A stretch of DNA of 62,986 nucleotides, filler included, from Octopus bimaculoides (lineage: Eukaryota): NCBI RefSeq assembly GCF_001194135.2. It is 6 parts of 6 records of this genome, joined end to end, with 100 filler letters (N's around TTAATTAATTAA, not from the genome) between each part and the next. Parts side by side here need not be neighbours in the genome. Positions count along the whole stretch, not along the records: positions 1 to 4,311 come from NC_068992.1; positions 4,412 to 9,204 come from NC_068999.1; positions 9,305 to 25,812 come from NC_069000.1; 3 more parts are not named here. One strand, 5' to 3'. Under the pieces are notes generated by a model that saw only the letters and a program-made list of their open reading frames with translations, was not told where the DNA came from and searched no databases. Shown here in pieces: positions 1 to 11,570 of the stretch (its first letter is position 1; every line of letters begins with the position of its first letter). Made by a program: the position numbers and the translations under genes.

Positions 1-13
1 GTGTGTGTGTATG

Positions 14-45
<32 letters not shown>

Positions 46-331
46 CGTATGTTTATATGAATGTTTGTATATATATAATATATATATATATACATATATG
101 TATGTATGTACGTATATGTATATATGTATGTATATATTTATATTCATAGAAGGAGAGGGAGAGATTTATGAATGTATAAAACATGCATATGTGTATTTAT
201 GTATAAATATTTATATATATACATACATACATACATATCATGCAATATAGTAATATATATATATACATATATCTGTGCATATATACATATATATTACTAT
301 ATTTCATAATAACCATATGTAGATTTGTATT

Positions 332-372
<41 letters not shown>

Positions 373-470
373 GCACACACACATATATGCTTGTATGAAC
401 GTATGTGCGTATGTATGTATGTACGTATGTATGTGCGTATGTATGTATATACGTATGTATGCATACAGAG
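1..470. repeat. Compound microsatellite (TA, TATG/CATA, CA)
   Basis: Directly visible simple repeats; the overlapping YI/CV/HT-rich ORFs are artefacts. Confidence 0.95.
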
Positions 471-2103
471 AGAAAAAGAAAGAGGAAGCGCGTGGGATGT
501 TAGAGCGCACGAAAGGAGAGAAAGCACGAAGATATATATAACAACTTTGATGATAAAAATCTTTCTTTTGAAACAGCGATATTCCATCAAAAATGTGGAA
601 GTAGGTCATGACCTCAACAAATGGTCGAATGGGTGGCTTCTATGCAATAGAGGTAATATGTATTTGCGGAAAGACTTTGCATTTTACTGTAGTATAAGGT
701 TTATGGTCTCTTTAGTGAAGAACATGTAATGAATGGCATACATATATATAAAGATATACACACGTACCCACATATATATATATNNNNNNNNNNNNNNNNN
801 NNNNNNNNNNNNNNNNNNNNNNNNNNNNNNNNNNNNNNNNNNNNNNNNNNNNNNNNNNNNNNNNNNNNNNNNNNNNNNNNNNNNNNNNNNNNNNNNNNNN
901 NNNNNNNNNNNNNNNNNNNNNNNNNNNNNNNNNNNNNNNNNNNNNNNNNNNNNNNNNNNNNNNNNNNNNNNNNNNNNNNNNNNNNNNNNNNNNNNNNNNN
1001 NNNNNNNNNNNNNNNNNNNNNNNNNNNNNNNNNNNNNNNNNNNNNNNNNNNNNNNNNNNNNNNNNNNNNNNNNNNNNNNNNNNNNNNNNNNNNNNNNNNN
1101 NNNNNNNNNNNNNNNNNNNNNNNNNNNNNNNNNNNNNNNNNNNNNNNNNNNNNNNNNNNNNNNNNNNNNNNNNNNNNNNNNNNNNNNNNNNNNNNNNNNN
1201 NNNNNNNNNNNNNNNNNNNNNNNNNNNNNNNNNNNNNNNNNNNNNNNNNNNNNNNNNNNNNNNNNNNNNNNNNNNNNNNNNNNNNNNNNNNNNNNNNNNN
1301 NNNNNNNNNNNNNNNNNNNNNNNNNNNNNNNNNNNNNNNNNNNNNNNNNNNNNNNNNNNNNNNNNNNNNNNNNNNNNNNNNNNNNNNNNNNNNNNNNNNN
1401 NNNNNNNNNNNNNNNNNNNNNNNNNNNNNNNNNNNNNNNNNNNNNNNNNNNNNNNNNNNNNNNNNNNNNNNNNNNNNNNNNNNNNNNNNNNNNNNNNNNN
1501 NNNNNNNNNNNNNNNNNNNNNNNNNNNNNNNNNNNNNNNNNNNNNNNNNNNNNNNNNNNNNNNNNNNNNNNNNNNNNNNNNNNNNNNNNNNNNNNNNNNN
1601 NNNNNNNNNNNNNNNNNNNNNNNNNNNNNNNNNNNNNNNNNNNNNNNNNNNNNNATATATATAGGTCAAGCTTTTTTGATCTGCTGCTGGTATACTAACA
1701 CACTACAACAAACATTATGTGTGCTAATATTTGTACCACCATCCCCGTTCTTTGAATTCACTGTAAATCAATTGAAAGAACTAAACTGCTACGTGGCAAG
1801 GAAAGACCTTCTACGAGCCAGCGAGCGAGTTTCCACTTTGTGAGAAACACCAGTCAAATCTCACTTACATATAGTTTAATGGTCTTCTTTTTATTACGAG
1901 GTTAAATATTTGTGTGTAAAACATATAATCATAACTTTGGCTACTGTCTTAATCTCATTAACACTGCCGTGCCGGTGCTTCACTTAATTCACACGCATGG
2001 TCAACATTGCACCAATAAAGCAGATACTGTCTGGCCCGTACTAATAACGTTTGAATAAGCTCTGTGTGGTGATTATGTACCTTCTTTCAACAACAAGGGA
2101 CGA

Positions 2104-2158
2104 GTAAGTAAATCCTGACGATGGCTTTAACGAAACGAATCAAAATTGATTTGCTTGT
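2104..2158 (+). ncRNA. Degenerate type I hammerhead-like motif
   Basis: CTGACGA (2115-2121) ... GAAA (2132-2135) enclosed by complementary GTAAGTAAATC / GATTTGCTTGT (stem I, with G-U pairs); stems II and III are broken. Confidence 0.35.
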
Positions 2159-2339
2159 TTTTGTTCTTTGATTGATGATACATTTAAACGCGACACATGT
2201 TTAAACATGAGGGATATTTTCGCTCTACAATTAAAAGCATTTTCAGTAAGCGTTTGGTTGTAACAATCGTTTCAGTTCAATTCCCATAAACTTTTGGGTC
2301 GATGCGTGTCTGTGTATGGGATGTATGTATATGTATCGC

Positions 2340-2498
2340 CTTTTATTTGTTTTAGTCATTTGGCTGCGCTATGTTAAGGCACCATCTTGAAGGGTTTAGC
2401 CGAAGGAACGAACGAACTGAATCTAGTACTTATTTTCTTCTCTTTTTTAAGTCTGGTACTTATTCTGTCGGTGTCATTTGCCGAACCACTAAGTTATG
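2340..2498 (-). mobile_element. SINE 3' fragment (family of 15681-16100 and 16742-17176)
   Basis: Shares the GGTACTTATTCT(G/A)TCGGT...GAACC(A/G)CTA segment and the TTTTATTTGTTTTAGT tail with the full copy at 15681-16100. Confidence 0.75.
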
Positions 2499-2769
2499 CT
2501 AGTCATAACTAGCTTGAAGACCCTGTGCACAGACTGATTGGCTGAAAATTTGGGAAAATCAAACTTTGTGAACACCTGCAACAATTTTGCAAAATTTTCT
2601 GGAATAACTGAATAATAAATTCGGATTCAGCGTCAAAAATTACATCTATATGATACACTAAGAAAATTGTAAACTGTGACGAAAACCACAAGGATCCTCA
2701 ACATATATTTATGATAACACAAATGTGTGTGTGTGTGTGTGTGTGTGTGGTTACATCATTGTTCCTCCC

Positions 2770-2938
2770 AAGGCGGCGAGCTGGCAGAATCGTTAGCACG
2801 CAGAACAAAATGTTTAGCAGCACTTCGTTCATCTTCACATTCTGAATTCAAATTCTGCTGTGGTCCGTTTTCCTTTTCAGCTTTTCAGCTGTTGATAAAT
2901 TGAGTATCATTGAAGCAGTGAAGTCAACTTAATCAACT
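2770..2938 (+). mobile_element. tRNA-related SINE (second family, head AAGGCGGCGAGCTGGCAGAA)
   Basis: Homologous to copies at 22833-23049, 28045-28263, 33105-33249 and 58620-58761; B-box-like GAATTCAAATTC. Confidence 0.75.
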
Positions 2939-3014
2939 ACCCACAGACACACACACACTCCAACCACCACAACAGGTACTAGTTGCTACTAACAGTCACC
3001 TAATGTGTGCCGCT

Positions 3015-3190
3015 CTTCGTTATGATCTTCGGACAGAGCATGTAGCAGTGGAAGCTTCCGGCCTTCTTGGCCCCCGGACCATATCCCTACTCACTGCTAT
3101 CGGAGCAGAGATGGCTATCCGCAAGTGTGAGCTCAAGCTGTTCCAGTGCATTTTCCTCGCCATTCTCCGGGGCAACGCCTTTTACATTTT
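3015..3190 (+). pseudogene. C-terminal restriction-like endonuclease remnant of a CRE-like non-LTR retrotransposon
   Basis: Translation VAVEASGLLGPRTISLLTAIG...LFQCIFLAILRGNA resembles the AVET.G..GP...LG...LFQR.S.AI.RGNA tail of CRE-type REL elements. Confidence 0.6.
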
Positions 3191-3564
3191 TGCCTGCTTG
3201 GATCCTGATGCGGTCTGGGTTACATGAAATCGTGAGGATGCACAAACATAGTGTATGAATAAATATATATGCATAAACTGTATAAATGAATGCAAACCTC
3301 CAAGCTTATCGTCTCTCTTGTTTGACTTTCGAGTCCACACATGCGCTACGTCATCAATTAACCCAAGAACATATAAATCGTTGTGTTTCTTTTCTATGAG
3401 ATTTGAAAGAGATTTGACTACTATTTCTAACAGATTTTGCAACCACGTCAAAGCTCCCCCGTGGTTAGTGTTGTGCATGCGTTCGTGCGTGTATGCGGGC
3501 TCCTAACATTCTCTGTGCTTGTATTCTTTTGTGTGCTTATCTGTGTGTGAGAGCATTTCCTAAA

Positions 3565-3598
<34 letters not shown>

Positions 3599-4062
3599 TA
3601 TATATACCACGTGCCTTTGTGTATGTTTGCCCATGTGCACATGAATATATATATGTATGTGTGCGTATGTGAGAGAGAGATACTATGTGCTTTTGTATAC
3701 GTTTGCATATGTATGCATGGATATGCGTTTGTGCGTGTGTGCGTGTGCATGCGCGCGTATCTACGTGTGTCAAATGATAAATCCAGAGAAGAAAAAAGAC
3801 ACGAAGAAATGCAACCAGTCGCCATTCTTAAGAACGACAATAATTTCGCTTACGCTTTTTATCAATTCGTTAATCTCAATAGTATATATCCTCCCTGGAG
3901 TATAAACAAATATTACTCTAACAATCTATTGGATCTAAATAGAGAAATCTAACAAGAAGAGCGTCAGGCGATATAAGGAATGTTGGAATTCCTTTATGAA
4001 TAAACTAACTTTCACTATATCAGATATGGATTCGTATTTCACTATTGTAATAATAATGGAAT

Positions 4063-4140
4063 AGTGGGATGACGGGATGATGGGATGACGGGATGGCGGG
4101 ATGATGGAGTGGTGGAATGGTGGAATGGTAGAATAATGTA
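4063..4140. repeat. Degenerate 8-bp tandem repeat (GGGATGAC/GGAATGGT)
   Basis: Seen directly. Confidence 0.7.
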
Positions 4141-4278
4141 GTGTGATAAATGCCATGTTAGAATAATAGTATAGTAGGCTGACGGTATGAAGAAAGAGAA
4201 TTATGGAATGATAGCCATAAAGATATATATCTTTCTATATGTATGTTTCTGTGTGTATGTATGTGTGTGAGTCTGTTT

Positions 4279-4311
<33 letters not shown>

Positions 4312-4411
4312 NNNNNNNNNNNNNNNNNNNNNNNNNNNNNNNNNNNNNNNNNNNNTTAATTAATTAANNNNNNNNNNNNNNNNNNNNNNNNNNNNNNNNN
4401 NNNNNNNNNNN
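4312..4411. other. Assembly gap spacer N44-TTAATTAATTAA-N44
   Basis: 100-bp unit containing a six-frame stop linker; identical unit occurs five times in the window. Confidence 0.95.
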
Positions 4412-4773
4412 ATATATATATATATGCACATGCATATACACACTGCCTGTCACACGTGCGCGCACATACCCAAACACACACGCACACACACACAAGCCTG
4501 AACATACAGACACATCTCACACACATACATCTCACATATATATATATTGCCTCGCTATTCATTGTACGAATGATCACACACCATATCAATCAGTTCAGAT
4601 TTTTTTTCTTTTCCTCAATACTTAATCAAATCCAATCACACCGTATAATTTACCGAAACCGCTTGTTTTCTCTGCCATCCACCACCTCCCCCTCTTACAA
4701 CTGCTCCTACCACCCCTACTCCTACGACTCTTACTCAATTTGCTAGTACTCCTCCTTCCCCCTCCTGCTGCTG

Positions 4774-4890
<117 letters not shown>

Positions 4891-5029
4891 TATGGTAGTT
4901 ACATAGCTGATATACTATAATGTTATGCTCATAGATCTCCATAAATTATTATCCTTCGTGTACTCCATACTGGGGAAAAACTGAGCTTTGTCGATGATCG
5001 AAGTATAGCATCAACCGAACAATATAAGT

Positions 5030-5079
<50 letters not shown>

Positions 5080-5285
5080 ACTCACAAGAGCACACGTACG
5101 CAAGACCACACATACACACACAAATATACACATATACAGTGGTGAACTGGGTCTAAAAATACTATACGGACGCAAACTGTGTGTCGATAGCCAGCTGGAA
5201 ATTGGTTTTCCTGGGGGTAAAACAACAGTAACATCGTCCTTTATAGGACTGCCACATTTTGTTGGCAAATAAACTATACTGTATT

Positions 5286-5318
<33 letters not shown>

Positions 5319-5347
5319 ATGCGGTATACATATTTACAATCTATATG

Positions 5348-5490
5348 TCATTGTCGTGCTGAGAGATCATAGAAAACCAAATTAACAGGTGCTGCAGTAG
5401 ACGGAAATCGCCTAACAGCGGTGGCAGGAATGGTCGATACACATTTCTCATTCTTACTGGGAGTCTTCCGCTCCATGTGCCTCAAGGCAA
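5348..5490 (-). CDS. Candidate host exon (33-nt exon 5458-5490, or terminal exon to the stop at 5348)
   Basis: On the minus strand a long T tract plus TGCAG acceptor precedes 5490; phase-1 frame is open (ALRHMERKTP...); a GTAAGA donor follows 5458. Confidence 0.35.
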
Positions 5491-5849
5491 CTGCATGCCA
5501 AGAAAAAAAAAAACAAAAAAAACAAAACAAAAAAAAAACCCTTCATTACAGCAGAAAAGTATTTCAAAAATCCCTGATGTTGCAGGTAGCATACTGACTG
5601 AATAAAAGTTCGTTATTAGCTACTGCAGTATTAGTTGTAAATGGCAATCTGTGTATCACACTAAACAGAAGTATATCTTGGGACGCTGAATCTGTAGTGC
5701 TATTCGTTGGAATACAATATCTGTTATGGACGCTGTGTGTTCATTTACATTTTCCCGCCACCGCTAATACATGATTTCGACTTTTATTGATAGTTCTTGT
5801 TATTCGAATTCTAATCTTACACATCACTTTTCATTCGTAGCTCTCTATG

Positions 5850-5851
<2 letters not shown>

Positions 5852-5908
<57 letters not shown>

Positions 5909-5960
5909 ATGCACACACACACGAATGCACACACACACACACACATACATACACTCACAT
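5852..5960. repeat. (CA)n microsatellite
   Basis: Seen directly. Confidence 0.95.
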
Positions 5961-7596
5961 GCATACACATTCATTTATCTATGTTCATTTGTAACTATAT
6001 ATATCAAATTTAAAAAAAACCGGAATTTTTGATATTGCCTTCAATTCTGTAGTTACACTTGTTTCAATACAACATGCGAAATGCATTTAATGAGCATAAA
6101 TATAAATATTGATATAAACACGATGACCTCATAACATTGTAATATATATATACATATATTTTTAAGTATTCATGTGCATTTCTCCAGCGGAAATCATACC
6201 CCCACAGCGCACACAAATACACATATCGATTATACTCAAACTGTAGCTATATAAATAATATTTCTTAACACCGAGGTAGCGGTCAGAGAATGTCAGAGTG
6301 CACTTAGTCACCTTCAAACTTTCCATTCGTAAGTGGAATCCATTTTCACGTTGAATATATTTCAATTTTGCTTGGTCTTAACACTAAATCAGCTCTTATC
6401 GAACAGATTTAAACACACAGGCTCTCCGTCCGTGACGATCCTTTCATTTTCCTACATATCAGGAAAGTAGGACAACCTTAACCAGTGTCTTTTCTTGAGA
6501 CACGTGAGATAGAAATGGAAGTGAAGGAGAATTGGTTGCTATATCTTGAAGACTGGGTGACCTCAGTGAGGCTCGTTGTTGGTTCGTTTTCCAAAGTTAC
6601 ATAACGTAAAGTATATATATGTTTGGTTCGAAAAGTCGGAATGAAATATAGCATCGGAAAGGAGAGAACAGGGATGTAGAGAAGCAGGGAGATGCAGATA
6701 ATACACAAAGACTAAGAATAAGATAGGTTCTGTGAAAAGAAGCGGAAGAATGAGGGAGGGAGAGAGAGAGAGGGGGGAGGAAGAGGGAAAGAACAGAAAA
6801 TATTTATTGTAGACGTTATTGAAGAAGGTTAGGTGGAATCGCTTGAATTGTTTGAAGGTTAAAACAACTTTTTTTATGGGTTGATATTTTGATGTTTCCA
6901 GCATTTATCTATTTATTTATTTATATACAGAGAAATACATCGAATTATTGATGTACATATTATTTCTATCGTTGTTACAATTGCACTACNNNNNNNNNNN
7001 NNNNNNNNNNNNNNNNNNNNNNNNNNNNNNNNNNNNNNNNNNNNNNNNNNNNNNNNNNNNNNNNNNNNNNNNNNNNNNNNNNNNNNNNNNNNNNNNNNNN
7101 NNNNNNNNNNNNNNNNNNNNNNNNNNNNNNNNNNNNNNNNNNNNNNNNNNNNNNNNNNNNNNNNNNNNNNNNNNNNNNNNNNNNNNNNNNNNNNNNNNNN
7201 NNNNNNNNNNNNNNNNNATATATATATATATATATATACATATGCGTGTGTGTGTATGCCTGTGTAAGTGTGTGAATGTGTGTATGTGTGTATAGAAACT
7301 GATATGAAGATATACATATATATATATTTATTCATATATTTATATATTTGTTCCCATGTGTATGTTCGTATACATATATGTGAGCATATATATATGTATT
7401 GCTATATACGCATTTTAGCATCATTTCATATGTTAGTAGGTGTGTATGTATGTGTATGTATGTATGCATGTTGGTGACAGTGTTTATGTGTGTGTTTGTG
7501 CGCGTGCCTGTGCGTATTGAACGAATATATATGTATGCTTTCATACATGCATTTCAAAACGATTTTTTTTTGTTAGTCAGTTTCATTGCTTGCATA

Positions 7597-7845
7597 GTGG
7601 AGGCGCGTGGCTTAGTGTTTAGGGTGTCAGCATCATGATCGTAAGATGGTGGTTTCGATTCCTGGACCGGGCGGCGCGTTGTGTTCTTGAGCAAGACACT
7701 TCATTTCACGTTGCTCCAGTCCACTCAGCTGGCACAAATGAGTGACGCTGCGATGGACCGGCGTCCCGTCCAGCTGGGGAACACCACTGAAACCGGGAAA
7801 CCGGGCCCATGAGCCTGGCTAGGCTTTAAAAGGGCGCATTTATTT
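7597..7845 (+). mobile_element. tRNA-derived SINE
   Basis: A-box-like TGGCTTAGTG (7608-7617), B-box-like GGTTTCGATTCC (7651-7662), TTGAGCAAGACACTT core and AT-rich tail. Confidence 0.85.
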
Positions 7846-9204
7846 GATCTACTTAAGTGCTTGAACCTTGATACGTGCAACNNNNNNNNNNNNNNNNNNN
7901 NNNNNNNNNNNNNNNNNNNNNNNNNNNNNNNNNNNNNNNNNNNNNNNNNNNNNNNNNNNNNNNNNNNNNNNNNNNNNNNNNNNNNNNNNNNNNNNNNNNN
8001 NNNNNNNNNNNNNNNNNNNNNNNNNNNNNNNNNNNNNNNNNNNNNNNNNNNNNNNNNNNNNNNNNNNNNNNNNNNNNNNNNNNNNNNNNNNNNNNNNNNN
8101 NNNNNNNNNNNNNNNNNNNNNNNNNNNNNNNNNNNNNNNNNNNNNNNNNNNNNNNNNNNNNNNNNNNNNNNNNNNNNNNNNNNNNNNNNNNNNNNNNNNN
8201 NNNNNNNNNNNNNNNNNNNNNNNNNNNNNNNNNNNNNNNNNNNNNNNNNNNNNNNNNNNNNNNNNNNNNNNNNNNNNNNNNNNNNNNNNNNNNNNNNNNN
8301 NNNNNNNNNNNNNNNNNNNNNNNNNNNNNNNNNNNNNNNNNNNNNNNNNNNNNNNNNNNNNNNNNNNNNNNNNNNNNNNNNNNNNNNNNNNNNNNNNNNN
8401 NNNNNNNNNNNNNNNNNNNNNNNNNNNNNNNNNNNNNNNNNNNNNNNNNNNNNNNNNNNNNNNNNNNNNNNNNNNNNNNNNNNNNNNNNNNNNNNNNNNN
8501 NNNNNNNNNNNNNNNNNNNNNNNNNNNNNNNNNNNNNNNNNNNNNNNNNNNNNNNNNNNNNNNNNNNNNNNNNNNNNNNNNNNNNNNNNNNNNNNNNNNN
8601 NNNNNNNNNNNNNNNNNNNNNNNNNNNNNNNNNNNNNNNNNNNNNNNNNGGGCGTGCGAGCCTATAAAATATAGTTATGTAGTACAGATAAAAAGGAGAT
8701 TGAAAAAGAAAAATTTAAAACAGCCGAATGTAATATAGTATGAATCTTCATTTGTTAGTCTTCTCTCGATTGTTCAGACTACTACAACGAAGTTTTAAAA
8801 AAGATATTACTCGTACAAAATTAATGATATGCGATGTTACATGTGAGCTCTTTCGAAATATTGAAAATTAAAACGTAAATACTTCGAAAAGGAAGGAGGC
8901 AGAAGAATAGGGAAATAAAAAAAAAGCTGAGAGGTGGAAACAGGTTGATTTATGGAAACAGAAAACTTAATATACTGAGAGAAGCAAGATTAGTTCTGGT
9001 ATTTAGAAACCATTCGAATTCTAAAAATCAATTAGCTGAAACATGGCTTTCGGCTGATAAATGAATCACGCTCATTAAACGGTGTTGCTCGAAAATATGT
9101 TGTGTATAGGGAGAATGTAAATGAAGTTGCGATACACAGTTTTAAGAATTTTGCATACATGTAGCGATATAGCTACATGTACATCTGTATATATATATAT
9201 ATAT

Positions 9205-9304
9205 NNNNNNNNNNNNNNNNNNNNNNNNNNNNNNNNNNNNNNNNNNNNTTAATTAATTAANNNNNNNNNNNNNNNNNNNNNNNNNNNNNNNNNNNNNNNN
9301 NNNN
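9205..9304. other. Assembly gap spacer N44-TTAATTAATTAA-N44
   Basis: Same 100-bp unit. Confidence 0.95.
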
Positions 9305-9640
9305 ATGGGCCGGTATGGATTGATCGGCATGTGCCGCATCGGCTATCATTGCATTTGGATACAGTGAATGTTTGATTTTTGTTGCTGAGGTCAAACCTTG
9401 CCTTTGTTAACAGTTTTTTCAAGTTTTTAGGTTGTCTCTTACTGAGAGTTATACTTTGATCTGTAATGATATTTCTCAATTCCTTACTTTGTGCAAGGAT
9501 CGGTAAGTTCGCTTTGGCGATATTAAAGATGTTCTGGTGGCATGGATTTTGTGTCACTATAAATGGAAGGATCTTTTCCTGTTTGTCTTTTCTTTGCGGT
9601 GTCCTCAGTTGTTGTATGGGTATTTATGAAAAGAATGTAA
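9305..9640 (-). pseudogene. Penelope-like element fragment (RT-to-GIY-YIG linker with Cys motif)
   Basis: ILPFIVTQNP...KRQPKNLKKLLTKARF...KCNDSRCGTC matches the PLE pattern LPF..TY.P...R.PKNL..LL.KA....C...RC.TC. Confidence 0.75.
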
Positions 9641-10379
9641 GGACGTTTAATTGTAAAAAAGAAATCACGGTTTCGTCTCGGAGAGGGACCGAGAAAACCC
9701 TCTCATATTCATTGTAATTTAATTCATTGTAATTCATTCTTTCAAATGTTTTTTTGTTCCCTCATGTCTGAGTATGTCTCCTCTGTGTCCAGGCCTTGTG
9801 CCTATAATAAAGAGAAACCGGTGATTGTCACTCTTCTGTGTCATTCTGCTGCTACGTTTAGTGAGTTTAACTGTTTTTTCTATTGTTGATCTTTTGATGA
9901 TGGTTTATTGTTAAATTTTGTCGAATTTTGTTGAACTTTGAACATCGTTGTTACGTTATTTTCGCCCTATGGGGGCGGAAAAATTGTTTTTTCAACTGTG
10001 CTTCTTTGTGAGGAGAGAATTATTTTTGAACTGTTTTCCTGTTAAAGGAAAATTTATTTGTGTGAACTGTTTCTTTGTGTGAAAAGGGAAGACGACATGG
10101 TGTCTCGTCTTGATTTTTTGTTGTGTAATGTGGACTTCCCGCTTCTGCAGGAAAAAAAACAATCAGGTCGAACAAGCTGAACAAGGCAACCAAAAAGTTA
10201 ACAAGGATAACAAAAAGGTTAGTCTTTCAGCCGCCGTTGGCGGACAATTTTGCGACATTGAAGTTTCGAAGGAACATTTGTTTAAATATAGAAATATGAT
10301 TAAAAAAATCGGCAACGAAACAAAGTTAATTCTTCCAAAATAAATAATGCAACATCTAGCAGAGAAAACGGTCGTATAT

Positions 10380-11543
10380 AAAGTCTATAACAGAAAAGAG
10401 AAAAGAATAATGGCTATGAAAACTGACTTAGTCGAAAAGTGCCTCGCCCCTATTTGGGGAAAATAAAATATGTCGGGAGAGGTTCTCGTAATGCAACAAT
10501 AGAGGCGCAATTTGAAAGCGCCGACGTCGCTAAAGAAATATCGACGCAGACTTAAAAAACAGAAGAAATGTTATTACCCACGTACCTCGGCCGGAGAACA
10601 GCTAAAATTTTAATAGAAGAAATTCTGGCCGGGTACGATGTTTACTGGCTGGCAGCAGCATTGATTTATGATGCAGAGGAAGAAATCAACATACTCTCTA
10701 TGAAAAAGAGAGAGAGGCTCTCAACTGGAAGGTACAGACCCTAGAGTTGCTGGTACAAGCCTCTAACGAGATCCTTGAATCTAGACCAGACAGAATATTT
10801 TTATAGGGGAGGGACTCAGTGCAAGAGTGTCGGTGGAGGGACGGCAACCCAGGTGTTTTAAATGCAGTGACAAGGGTCACATCTGCACCGATTATGAGAA
10901 AATAAAAAAGTTGACACAAAAGTAAGCAGAGGTCCCTCCCCAACAGGAAAAAGACCCATAGGAGAAAGAGGAAAAAACTAATAAGAAAAAAGATACAGCC
11001 AAAACCGTAAAAACTCAAGAGAAAGACAAAGAAGAAAAGGAAAAAGTGAATATACAAGAAAAAGGGAATGTTACCACAGAAGAAGAGATGGAATTTACAG
11101 TAGTATCCCACAAAAGAAAAATATCCCTTGCCCCAGACTCCCCTCCCCTTACAAGAAAACGAAAGGAAACGTTGCAAAACACACAAAAAACCCCGTCCAC
11201 TTCCAAATTGAAACCCACTCCCAACCCTCGCAAAAATGCATACAAAGCGAGAAAATTGTCTCGTATAATATAAAAAACGAAGTGCTTCAATCCTTATAAC
11301 AAGGAAGAAATATACCACCGGGGGGGGGGGGGAGGTATTGAAGGTAAACCGCCTCATTTGCGACTAGCAAGACTTGATATAGAACATTATGAACAGTTTA
11401 AGCAACGATATGCTGACGACATATTTGATGTGAGTCAATACATCGTTAAAGAGAAGATTGTGCTGGCACCAACGGCTACACCAGAAAATGAAGAAACAGG
11501 AGGAGGGGACGATGAATGTCGTGCAGCCCCTCCTCAAGCTTAA
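10380..11543 (+). pseudogene. LINE ORF1 (gag-like, frameshifted)
   Basis: VEGRQPR-CFKCSDKGHICTDY at 10854-10895 is a CX2CX4HX4C knuckle with the last Cys mutated to Tyr; basic/acidic C-terminus. Confidence 0.75.
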
Positions 11544-11570
11544 AAGGTAAATATTGCAACTTTTTATATC

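Noticed and set aside
11358-11543. YADD in a small ORF, suggesting a second reverse transcriptase
   Set aside because: It lies in the ORF1 C-terminus with no other RT motifs; the true YADD is near 14130
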